Assembly (NCBI GenBank): GCA_964016885.1
Contig: OZ024742.1
Coordinates: 115,196,001-115,260,000 of the forward strand
Source of the DNA: Eledone cirrhosa
Lineage: Eukaryota
DNA: 64,000 bases
Reading direction: 5' to 3'
The position numbers were made by a program, and so were the translations under genes. This document shows, in pieces, positions 42,000-51,518 of the stretch; position 1 is the first letter of the stretch, and each line of letters starts with the position of its first letter. The notes under the pieces were generated by a model that was not told the origin of the DNA, made no database searches, and saw nothing but the letters and a program-made list of their open reading frames with translations.

Positions 42000-44900
42000 T
42001 TACAGATATATACTCAGAGTAGGCCCATTCACTCGGGCCATTCTTGCTTCTCTCACCCATCTTTCAACAAAATGCTGGGAAGAGAGCACTTCCCTCTCTA
42101 CTCTGAGTTTCCTTTTCAAATGAAATTTGAAAAAGTCAATCAGAGCATCACCGAAGAGGTAAGTGCTCGTCTTCAGCCCTTTCAAACGTGTCCACCATAC
42201 TATCTCTTTCGCCATGGCTACCAGACAGATAAAAACTGCCTGCCCTTCCCAGCTAAAGGAGGAGGGCGGGGCAATCTTCACGATGGACTCAGATGATAGC
42301 CGGATCCGTCCTAAACGCGACAGCCGGTGTTCGACATAAACCCACAAGTCAGCAATTTTCGGACACTGGACGAGTGCGTGCAGGACGGTTTCGTCGCCCT
42401 GCACGCATCTCGGACATGCCCGGCTGACGGCACCTCCATGCCTGTAGAGTTTATCCCGAACTGGCAAGACTCCTCGGTAGCACTGCCAGGCCAGAGATTT
42501 CTGGAAGTTGTCCATAGGCCCCGGCCCGAAAGTTCTTCCGAAGAGATTGGCTAGTTGATTTTCGTCGACGCCTAGAATTTCCCCAAGTACGTCGTCGCTC
42601 TTCCCCTCCACTAATCCACTATAGAACGCCGAGGTGGAGTTTCCACCGATCACATTGCCCGATTGGTCGAGGGCTGTGAGCGCCTGAAGACATTCCAGTC
42701 TCCAGGCGCTCCCTCTCGGTCTTCGCTTGACCCAGGACTGCAGCTCCGTCAAGGAAACGAGCTGGGGAAACACGCGCCTAGCAAACGGAGACCACACCTG
42801 ATCACCGTCGAGGAAGAGGTGGAAATGTCGTAGCCTGAGCGCGTGCCTGCGCATCATCAGCCACGGCATGCCCAGCCCTCCACGTAGCGGGTGTTGTCAA
42901 CAGATGGACCGCCTGACCATCGGAGCGCGTCCCTTCCACAAAAAGCGAAAGAGCAAACGCTCCAGCGCAGTCAGGCGAGGCTTAGGACAAGGTACGACGG
43001 TCAGACGGTAGCAGATGACGGACGCGATGTACGCGTTAACCACCTCCACTCGACCTTTCAGGGATAGCTTCCTCTCCGCCCATTTCTGGGTGAGAGAAGC
43101 CACCCTGCTCGTCACCTCGTCCCAGGTTTTGTCCGTCTGGAGGTCCGGACCGAACCAGACCCCTAGCAATTTAACCGGTCCGTCCGTCCAGCGTCCGACA
43201 ACGCTGTTGGACGGCATGGAGCTGCCTCTCCAGGTGCCGAGCTGCAGGCCCACTGACTTTTCCTGGTTGATCATTGCTCCTGTCACCGCTTCGTATTCTC
43301 TTAGTATCCTCGATGTGTTTGGCGCTCGACACCACTACGGTGACATCGTCCGCATATGCTGACACGGATCTTCCGCATCCTAGTTCGCGCGGGACTCCCC
43401 TCAACGTCTCCAGTTTGTGCAGTAATGGCTCGAGAGTCAATACGTACAAGAGGGACGAGAGGGGACATCCTTGGCGGACCGAGCGCATGATGTTGAACGG
43501 TTCCGACAGGTGACCGTTCACTCTCACCACAGAGCAGATGTCGCTGTGCATGGCAGCGATCCAGCCTCTGAAGACGGGCCCAAAGCCAGCCGCCCTCAGG
43601 ACGGCCGCTAGGTAACGATGGTCGACCCTATCGAAAGCTTTCGACTGATCTAAATTGATTAAGGACCCACCCGTGCCAGGTTCCTTAGCTACCCTCTCTA
43701 TGATGTATCGCATGAGGTGGAGGTTGTCGTGGATGGATCTGTCGGGAATGGCGCATGTCTGCGCCTCTCCCACCGGACCACCAACGACAAGCGCCAACCT
43801 CTTTGCTAGCACCTTGGCCAAAATCTTGAACTCTGTGTTTAGCAGAGTTATGGGCCGGAAATTGTCTATGTTATCCCCCTTGTTCGGATCCTTTCTCAGC
43901 AGTGCCACCGCTCCTCGGCTCACAGAACTGGGAATTCTCCCGTTCTGTTGCCAGTTGCAGTAGACGTCCGCCAAGAGGCCTCCGAACAAGTCTGGCATCT
44001 GTACGTAAAGTTCATAGGGCAGACCATCCAAACCAGGCGATTTACCCCTTGTGCAGCCAGTCATTGCCTCCCTTACTTCAGCGGCTGTTATCGGCTTTTC
44101 GCAACACTTCGCCTCAGTGGCCGAGAGCCGCGGCAGTCCGTCGAGGTAGACACTAAAGTCCATCCCTCTACCCGGCCCCCCGCTGCCCCCGAACAGCTGA
44201 GCGAAGTGTCGCTGAAAAGCTTCACACATTTGCCCGGGATCGAGTAGCATGCGCCTGTCGTGGTCCACCAAAGACCGGATCGTGGCTTTGTTGCCACGAC
44301 GCGCCTCCGCCACTCGGGCCCATTGAACGGCTTTCGTCCCCTCGTGTCTGAGAGCACGCACCCTAGCTCTGACAACGCAGCCTTCGTGCTTTGCATTGAA
44401 GAATTGGTCAAGGGCCAATTTCGCCGCAAGCACGTCGGTCGCAATGCCTTTGCTAAGCGCCTCGTCTAATTTTCTAACTAGTTCTCCCTCTGCTCTATTT
44501 TTCTCTATTGCTAAAGCCTTACTAAACCTAATCGATTCTATTCTAATCGCTCTTTTCAGAGCAAACCACCACTTGTTGTTGACGATGGCCCCCGTCAACG
44601 CCCGCTTAACTAGTTCGCTAATCCGGTCTCTGTAGGCCTTGCGCGCTTGTAAGGACGCGTTTAGCTTCCAGTAGCCGGGTCCTCGTCTATGAAGCCTATC
44701 TAAGTCAAGCACACAGATCACGAATTTGTGGTCCGTGTAGCTGATATCTTGAATTGTGGACAGCCTATGCCAGACCTATCTATTTCCCTACAAAATACTC
44801 TATCTAGATATGATCTGGATGACCGTATGTGGTTTGTCCAAGTCCACATTGGCACATTCGGGAAATCCAATCGGTACCTGTCAGACAGTTCAAAACGCCT

Positions 44901-45408
44901 GAGCAGGTTGGTGAGGCTCTTGCACCCTCCACCCCTATCCGCTAATCCCACACAGTCCCAGCGTGCATCTAAGATCCCGTTCCAGTCGCCCACTAACACT
45001 AAATAGCGGGACGTTCCAACAAAGGTCTCCAGACGCCGGAAGAAATCAGGCCGCCCTGGTCCTGTTGGGGCATAGACGGCCACTAGCCTGAAAGCTTGCC
45101 CGTCTCCGCTGGTCACGTCCAGCACCACCAGCTTACCCTCTGGGTCCAGGAAGACGGCCCGTATGGCGAGATCCAAACCTCTCCGAAAAAGCACAGCAAC
45201 TCCTCCACCGGATCCAGGACGGCTGGGAGATGCGTACACATCGTAGCCGCCGAAGATCGGTGCGAAGGCCCGTGCTTCGGAGATTCTGGTCTCGCTGATG
45301 GCCACTACATCTATGTTTAGTGACCTGAGGTCGTTGAGCAGGTGACCCTGCTTCCATGACGACCCCAAGCCACGCACATTTATGCTGCCTATTCTGAGTG
45401 AGGTCATG
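42000..45408 (-). pseudogene. Unit 1 ORF2 (APE-RT-zf), disrupted
   Basis: Four ORF pieces nearly identical to the intact unit 2 ORF2. Confidence 0.9.
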
Positions 45409-47540
45409 TTTAAAATAGAGTGGAAAAGATGGGAAAGACCACTTACCGTACTTTTGGTAGAGGAGGGATGGGTTTTACATCCCTTTTCACTTTGATCGTC
45501 TGGTGAAGGGACCGTTGAATCCTCCCTTCGGCTGGTCGTCGGCTCTTCTAAGAGAATGTCTGAGTATACTCTTCGATTGATGGATCCTCCCAGGTCCCTG
45601 AAATCACCAACTGCGTTGGGGAATTTCGTTTTAATATTTGTGTATTGTTTCTGTGCTATTTTTAGCAGTCTTATGTTAGTTGGCGTTTTGATTGGTGCTG
45701 GTATTATGTAGTCCTGTTGTGAAATGTCTGTGTGTTCAATTATGTAAGTCATTAGTTTCTTGTTGTGTGTATTTATTGCCGTGCATTTGTTTTTCTGGGG
45801 GTGGGGTGTGGTTCTACTATTTTCTTGTCGTTGTTGCTGGGTGTGTGTGTTTTGTTGTTGTGTTTGCGATGTTGGTGCTTGTGGTGGTGGTGTTGAAGGT
45901 GTTGTTGGCGGTGGGGTTGTCGCCGGTGGTGATGGTGGCGCTAGTGTGGGTGGTGATGGTGTTGGTGTTGTTGCTGCTGTGGGTCTCTTTGCAGTAGACT
46001 TTACCCTTTTCTCATTTCTTTCCTCCCTTTTCAAAGGCGCCGATGCGCTGCTTCTGCGTTTGTGCCTTCTTACGACCTTTTGCCATCTCTCTCCCACCTC
46101 ACACTCCATGTCTGATTCTGTGAGGTCGGGGAGGGGTACCAGCTCCACTCTTTCACTTGTTGTTGTTGGTGATGTTTGCACTGGAGTCTCTGTTGCAGCT
46201 GCATTTGGTATTGCTGTTGTTGTTGTTAGTATTTCCACTGCTGCTGCTGTTTTTGATTTCCGTGGAGTGGGTATGGGTGCCACGGGCCTATCGTTCCTGG
46301 TTGCCGCTTGTCCTGTTGCTGGTAGCCGTGGAGCCGGATTCGGAAGGAGGGGGGTTTTCTCCTTTCTCAGGGTCTTCTCGTTGCAGAAGGCCCCGAGGTG
46401 AGTCTTCGATCCACAGCGAAAGCATTTCGGGCGTTTGCCCTCAACACTTATGGGCAGTTGAGTGCCGTTATCGAAGTCTATCACATCCGGGATAGCTTCG
46501 ATGCACTCCTGGTTGGTTTGGATTAGCATCTCAATGGAGGAGCCGACCCAATCTTCTCTTACTTTTTTCTGTACTTGCAGTACAGTTGTTTTGTCCTCGA
46601 TTCCGATTAGGACAGACGCGGCCAGCCAAGAAGGGGTCATTCCGGGGGGGACGTGGGTCAGTTTGACCCTCACAATTTTTTGCCCGCAGTAGGAGGGCAC
46701 CAACACCATTTCCTCACTCCTTAGGGTCACTACTGATTGGGCCTTTGCCTCCTGGGGTGTGGCAAAAAGTACGTCTACGGTGGCATATTTTTTGCCTCGG
46801 GTGATGTGCGTTTTCCGCTGCCACACAGACCCCAAGGCTTTTTGTATTTGGGCCTCTGTGGCTCTTTCCACCCTACGGGATTTTGTACTTACTGTACGGT
46901 ACGTGACCGTACAGTGCTCTTGGGTTTTGAAAAATTTTTCCGCTGCCTTGCAGATTGCTCGGTGTCCGTTCTTTGTCACCATCTTCTTCGCTTCCTCTAA
47001 TTCCTCATTTGTTATGAGGATTGTTTCCAAGTTTTTCGCAATACCTGCAAATGAGATTGGTTTTTCTCTGCTGTTGTTGTTGTCGTCAGAGCTGCTGGTA
47101 CTTTTGTTGTTGCTGCAGGTACTACGACTACTGCCTCCGCCGCTGTTGCTGTGGTTGTTGTTGGTGTTGCTGCTGCTAATGCTGTTGTTGTTTATGCTGC
47201 TGGTGATGCTGTTGCGGCTGCTACTGTTGTTTTCATTGTCACTGTTGCTGTTGTTATTACGGCTGCTACTGCTATTATTCCTGACGTCAGACGAATGAAC
47301 TGGGTTTTCGTATTTCCCGCACACCTGTTTCGTCGCTGTCGTCGTCGTCGTGGAGAAACCTTGCACGCTTTGCACGAGACTTTTCTTTTCTTTCGTCGCT
47401 TGCGAAAGAGAAGGGAGGGAGAGAGACACATTTAAAGAAGGGAGGGAGAGAGACAATCTTCTCTCTGTTGTAGTGATGATTGAGGAAGAAGAAGACGGAA
47501 TGAGTGGGAGTGACGCATGAAATTTCTTTTTCGTAGCCAT
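44718..47540 (-). CDS. Unit 1 ORF1 fused in frame to the APE endonuclease domain
   Basis: Open frame from MATKKK through CFRCGSKTHLGAFC into MTSLRIGSIN..GDWN..LDR; caused by a 1-bp insertion relative to units 2-4. Confidence 0.5.
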   Translation of the reverse strand: MATKKKFHASLPLIPSSSSSIITTTERRLSLSLPSLNVSLSLPSLSQATKEKKSLVQSVQGFSTTTTTATKQVCGKYENPVHSSDVRNNSSSSRNNNSNSDNENNSSSRNSITSSINNNSISSSNTNNNHSNSGGGSSRSTCSNNKSTSSSDDNNNSREKPISFAGIAKNLETILITNEELEEAKKMVTKNGHRAICKAAEKFFKTQEHCTVTYRTVSTKSRRVERATEAQIQKALGSVWQRKTHITRGKKYATVDVLFATPQEAKAQSVVTLRSEEMVLVPSYCGQKIVRVKLTHVPPGMTPSWLAASVLIGIEDKTTVLQVQKKVREDWVGSSIEMLIQTNQECIEAIPDVIDFDNGTQLPISVEGKRPKCFRCGSKTHLGAFCNEKTLRKEKTPLLPNPAPRLPATGQAATRNDRPVAPIPTPRKSKTAAAVEILTTTTAIPNAAATETPVQTSPTTTSERVELVPLPDLTESDMECEVGERWQKVVRRHKRRSSASAPLKREERNEKRVKSTAKRPTAATTPTPSPPTLAPPSPPATTPPPTTPSTPPPQAPTSQTQQQNTHTQQQRQENSRTTPHPQKNKCTAINTHNKKLMTYIIEHTDISQQDYIIPAPIKTPTNIRLLKIAQKQYTNIKTKFPNAVGDFRDLGGSINRRVYSDILLEEPTTSRREDSTVPSPDDQSEKGCKTHPSSTKSTVSGLSHLFHSILNMTSLRIGSINVRGLGSSWKQGHLLNDLRSLNIDVVAISETRISEARAFAPIFGGYDVYASPSRPGSGGGVAVLFRRGLDLAIRAVFLDPEGKLVVLDVTSGDGQAFRLVAVYAPTGPGRPDFFRRLETFVGTSRYLVLVGDWNGILDARWDCVGLADRGGGCKSLTNLLRRFELSDRYRLDFPNVPMWTWTNHIRSSRSYLDRVFCREIDRSGIGCPQFKISATRTTNS

Positions 47541-47753
47541 GTTTTTTTGTTTAAAATGAAATTTTGGGTACAAAACCCCAATAACTGGTTATTCAACCCC
47601 GAAGGGCCAAATAACGGACAGAAAGACCCCTCTCACGAGGAGGAGGGTGTCTTCATCAACAATTTGGTTCAAGTTTTAAACAATTTACAACTGTTTTAAC
47701 GGTTAAAAATTACTATATCTTACAGAGCCGAGCCTCCGTCAACCATGGCATTC

Positions 47754-47803
<50 letters not shown>

Positions 47804-48063
47804 TTTCTTTATTAACCACAAGGGTTTACATAAAGTAGACATTAAGGACAGTGCAGGACAATGCAGGACGGTACAAATGGGCATTTCTGCGTGTAAAAAA
47901 ACAAAAACAGAGGATGTAACAAAAATAACAATGAAAATAACAATGAAAAATTCCCCAATAGGGGGGAGACTTCGGAGGGACATTTGTGGAGAAAGCCCAG
48001 TAAAAAGCCACAATGACCCTGACCACCAAGGCAAGTGCCCTCTCCCAGTTTTCCACCTTTAGT

Positions 48064-51000
48064 TTACAGATATATACTCAGAGTCGGCCCATTCACTCGG
48101 GCCATTCTTGCTTCTCTCACCCATCTTTCAACAAAATGCTGGGAAGAGAGCACTTCCTTCTCTACTCTGATTTTCCTTTTCAAATGAAATTTGAAAAAGT
48201 CAATCAGAGCATCACCGAAGAGGTAAGTGCTCGTCTTCAGCCCTTTCAAACGTGTCCACCATACTATCTCTTTCACCATGGCCACCAGACAGATAAAAAC
48301 TGCCTGCCCTTCCCGGCTAAAGGAGGAGGGCGGGGCAATCCTCACGATAGACTCAGATGATAGCTGGATCCGTCCTAAACGCGACAGCAGGTGTTCGACA
48401 TAAACCCACAAGTCAGCAATTTTCGGACACTGGACGAGTGCGTGCAGGACGGTTTCGTCGCCCTGCGCGCATCTCGGACATGCCCGGCTGACGGCACCTC
48501 CATGCCTGTAGAGTTTATCCCGAACTGGCAAGGCTCCTCGGTAGCACTGCCAGGCCAGAGATTTCTGGAAGTTGTCCATAGGCCCTGGCCCGAAAGTTCT
48601 TCCGAAGAGATTGGCTAGTTGATTTTCGTCGACGCCTAGAGTTTCCCCAAGTACGTCGTCGCTCTTCCCCTCCACTAATCCTCTATAGAACGCCGAGGTG
48701 GAGTTTCCACCGATCACATTGCCCGATTGGTCGAGGGCTGTGAGCGCCTGAAGACATTCCAGTCTCCAGGCGCTCCCTCTCGGTCTTCGCTTGACCCAGG
48801 ACTGCAGCTCCGTCAAGGAAACGAGCTGGGGAAAAACGCGTCTAGCAAACGGCGACCACACCTGATCACCGTCGAGGAAGAGGTGGAGATGTCGTAGCCT
48901 GAGCGCGTGCCTGCGCATCATCAGCCACGGCATGCCCAGCCCTCCACGTAGCGGGTGTTGACAACAGATGGACCGCCTGACCATCGGAGCACGTCCCTTC
49001 CACAAAAAGCGAAAGAGCAAACGCTCCAGCGCAGTCAGGCGAGGCTTAGGACAAGGTACGACGGTTAGGCGGTAGCAGATGACAGACGCGATGTACGCGT
49101 TAGCCACCTCCGCTCGACCTTTCAGGGATAGCTTCCTCTCCGCCCATTTCTGGGTGAGAGAAGCCACCCTGCTCGTCACCTCGTCCCAGTTTTTGTCCGT
49201 CTGGAGGTCCGGACCGAACCAGACCCCTAGCAATTTAACCGGTCCGTCCGTCCAGCGCCCGACGACGCTGTTGGACGGCATGGACCTGCCTCTCCAGGTG
49301 CCGAGCTGCAGGCCCACTGACTTTTCCTGGTTGATCATTGCTCCTGTCACCGCTTCGTATTCTCTTAGTGTAGTGCCGATCGCCTCGATGTGTTTGGCGT
49401 TCGACACCACTACGGTGACATCGTCCGCATATGCTGACACGGATCTTCCGCATCCTAGTTCGCGCGGGACTCCCCTCAACGTCTCCAGTTTGTGCAGTAA
49501 TGGCTCGAGAGTCAATACGTACAAGAGGGACGAGAGGGGACATCCTTGGCGGACCGAGCGCATGATGTTGAACGGTTCCGACAGGTGACCGTTCACTCTC
49601 ACCACAGAGCAGATGTCGCTGTGCATGGCAGCGATCCAGCCTCTGAAGACGGGCCCAAAGCCAGCCGCCCTCAGGACTGCCGCTAGGTAACGATGGTCGA
49701 CCCTATCGAAAGCTTTCGACTGATCTAAATTGATCAAGGACCCACCCGTGCCAGGTTCCCTAGCTACCCTCTCTACGATGTATCGCATGAGGTGGAGGTT
49801 GTCGTGGATGGATCTGTCGGGAATGGCGCATGTCTGCGCCTCTCCCACCAGACCACCAACGACAAGCGCCAACCTCTTTGCTAGCACCTTGGCCAAAATC
49901 TTAAACTCTGTGTTTAGCAGAGTTATGGGCCGGAAATTGTCTATGTTATCCCCCTTGTTCGGATCCTTTCTCAGCAGTGCCACCGCTCCTCGGCTCACAG
50001 AACTGGGAATTCTCCCGTTCTGTTGCCAGTTGCAGTAGACGTCCGCCAAGAGGCCTCCGAACAAGTCTGGCATCTGTACGTAAAGTTCATAGGGCAGACC
50101 ATCCAAACCAGGCGATTTACCCCTTGTGCAGCCAGTCATTGCCTCCCGTACTTCAGCGGCTGTTATCGGCTTTTCGCAACACTTCGCCTCAGTGGCCGAG
50201 AGCCGCGGCAGTCCGTCGAGGTAGACACTAAAGTCCATCCCTCTACCCGGTCCCCCGCTGCCCCCGAACAGCTGAGCGAAGTGTCGCTGAAAAGCTTCAC
50301 ACATTTGCCCGGGATCGAGTAGCATGCGCCCGTCGTGGTCCACCAAAGACCGGATCGTGGCTTTGTTGCCACGACGCGCCTCCGCCACTCGGGCCCATTG
50401 AACGGCTTTCGTCCCCTCGTGTCTGAGAGCACGCACCCTAGCTCTGACAACGCAGCCTTCGTGCTTTGCATTGAAGAATTGGTCAAGAGCCAATTTCGCC
50501 GCAAGCACGTCGGTCGCAATGCCTTTGCTAAGCGCCTCGTCTAATTTTCTAACTAGTTCTCCCTCTGCTCTATTTTTCTCTATTGCTAAAGCCTTACTAA
50601 ACCTAATCGATTCTATTCTAATCGCTCTTTTCAGAGCAAACCACCACTTGTTGTTGACGATGGCCCCCGTCAACGCCCGCTTAACTAGTTCGCTAATCCG
50701 GTCTCTGTAGGCCTTGCGCGCTGGTAAGGACGCGTTTAGCTTCCAGTAGCCGGGTCCTCGTCTATGAAGCCTATCTAAGTCAAGCACACAGGTCACGAAT
50801 TTGTGGTCCGTGTAGCTGACTATCTTGAATTGTGGACAGCCTATGCTAGACCTATCTATTTCTCTACAAAATACTCTATCTAGATATGATCTGGATGACC
50901 CTATGCGGTTTGTCCAAGTCCACATTGGCACATTCGGGAAATCCAATCGGTACCTGTCAGACAGTTCAAAACGCCTGAGCAGGTTGGTGAGGCTCTTGCA

Positions 51001-51483
51001 CCCTCCACCCCTATCCGCTAATCCCACACAGTCCCAGCGTGCATCTAAGATCCCGTTCCAGTCGCCCACTAACACTAAAGAGCGGGACGTTCCAAGAAAG
51101 GTCTCCAGACGCCGGAAGAAATCAGGCCGCCCTGCTCCTGTCGGGGCATAGACGGCCACTAGACTGAAAGCTTGCCCGTCTCCGCTGGTCACGTCCAGCA
51201 CCACCAGCTTACCCTCTGGGTCCAGGAAGATGGCCCGTATGGCGAGATCCAAACCTCTCCGAAAAAGCACAGCAACTCCTCCACCCGATCCAGGACGGCT
51301 GGGAGATGCGTACACATCGTAGCCGCCGAAGATCGGTGCGAAGGCCCGTGCTTCGGAGATTCTGGTCTCGCTGATGGCCACTACATCTATGTTTAGTGAC
51401 CTGAGGTCGTTGAGCAGGTGACCCTGCTTCCATGACGACCCCAAGCCACGCGCATTTATGCTGCCTATTCTGAGTGAGGTCAT
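48064..51483 (-). CDS. ORF2: APE endonuclease + reverse transcriptase + C-terminal CCHC zinc finger (1139 aa)
   Basis: NARGL, SETR, VYAP, GDWN, LDR, TDH; PGLDG, RPITLLN, DQSKAFDRV, QGCPLS, YADD; CPRCAQGDETVLHALVQC. Confidence 0.95.
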   Translation of the reverse strand: MTSLRIGSINARGLGSSWKQGHLLNDLRSLNIDVVAISETRISEARAFAPIFGGYDVYASPSRPGSGGGVAVLFRRGLDLAIRAIFLDPEGKLVVLDVTSGDGQAFSLVAVYAPTGAGRPDFFRRLETFLGTSRSLVLVGDWNGILDARWDCVGLADRGGGCKSLTNLLRRFELSDRYRLDFPNVPMWTWTNRIGSSRSYLDRVFCREIDRSSIGCPQFKIVSYTDHKFVTCVLDLDRLHRRGPGYWKLNASLPARKAYRDRISELVKRALTGAIVNNKWWFALKRAIRIESIRFSKALAIEKNRAEGELVRKLDEALSKGIATDVLAAKLALDQFFNAKHEGCVVRARVRALRHEGTKAVQWARVAEARRGNKATIRSLVDHDGRMLLDPGQMCEAFQRHFAQLFGGSGGPGRGMDFSVYLDGLPRLSATEAKCCEKPITAAEVREAMTGCTRGKSPGLDGLPYELYVQMPDLFGGLLADVYCNWQQNGRIPSSVSRGAVALLRKDPNKGDNIDNFRPITLLNTEFKILAKVLAKRLALVVGGLVGEAQTCAIPDRSIHDNLHLMRYIVERVAREPGTGGSLINLDQSKAFDRVDHRYLAAVLRAAGFGPVFRGWIAAMHSDICSVVRVNGHLSEPFNIMRSVRQGCPLSSLLYVLTLEPLLHKLETLRGVPRELGCGRSVSAYADDVTVVVSNAKHIEAIGTTLREYEAVTGAMINQEKSVGLQLGTWRGRSMPSNSVVGRWTDGPVKLLGVWFGPDLQTDKNWDEVTSRVASLTQKWAERKLSLKGRAEVANAYIASVICYRLTVVPCPKPRLTALERLLFRFLWKGRAPMVRRSICCQHPLRGGLGMPWLMMRRHALRLRHLHLFLDGDQVWSPFARRVFPQLVSLTELQSWVKRRPRGSAWRLECLQALTALDQSGNVIGGNSTSAFYRGLVEGKSDDVLGETLGVDENQLANLFGRTFGPGPMDNFQKSLAWQCYRGALPVRDKLYRHGGAVSRACPRCAQGDETVLHALVQCPKIADLWVYVEHLLSRLGRIQLSSESIVRIAPPSSFSREGQAVFICLVAMVKEIVWWTRLKGLKTSTYLFGDALIDFFKFHLKRKIRVEKEVLSSQHFVERWVREARMARVNGPTLSIYL

Positions 51484-51518
51484 GTTTAAAATAGAGTGGA
51501 AAAGATGGGAAAGACCAC

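Larger units (their letters stand above)
41739..47753 (-). mobile_element. Tx1/L1-type LINE, array unit 1 (6015 bp, full-length, disrupted)
   Basis: Complete 5' UTR, ORF1, ORF2, 3' UTR; +1 at ~45491, -1 at ~44744, 11-bp net deletion at ~43305, TGA at 42897-42899. Confidence 0.95.
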
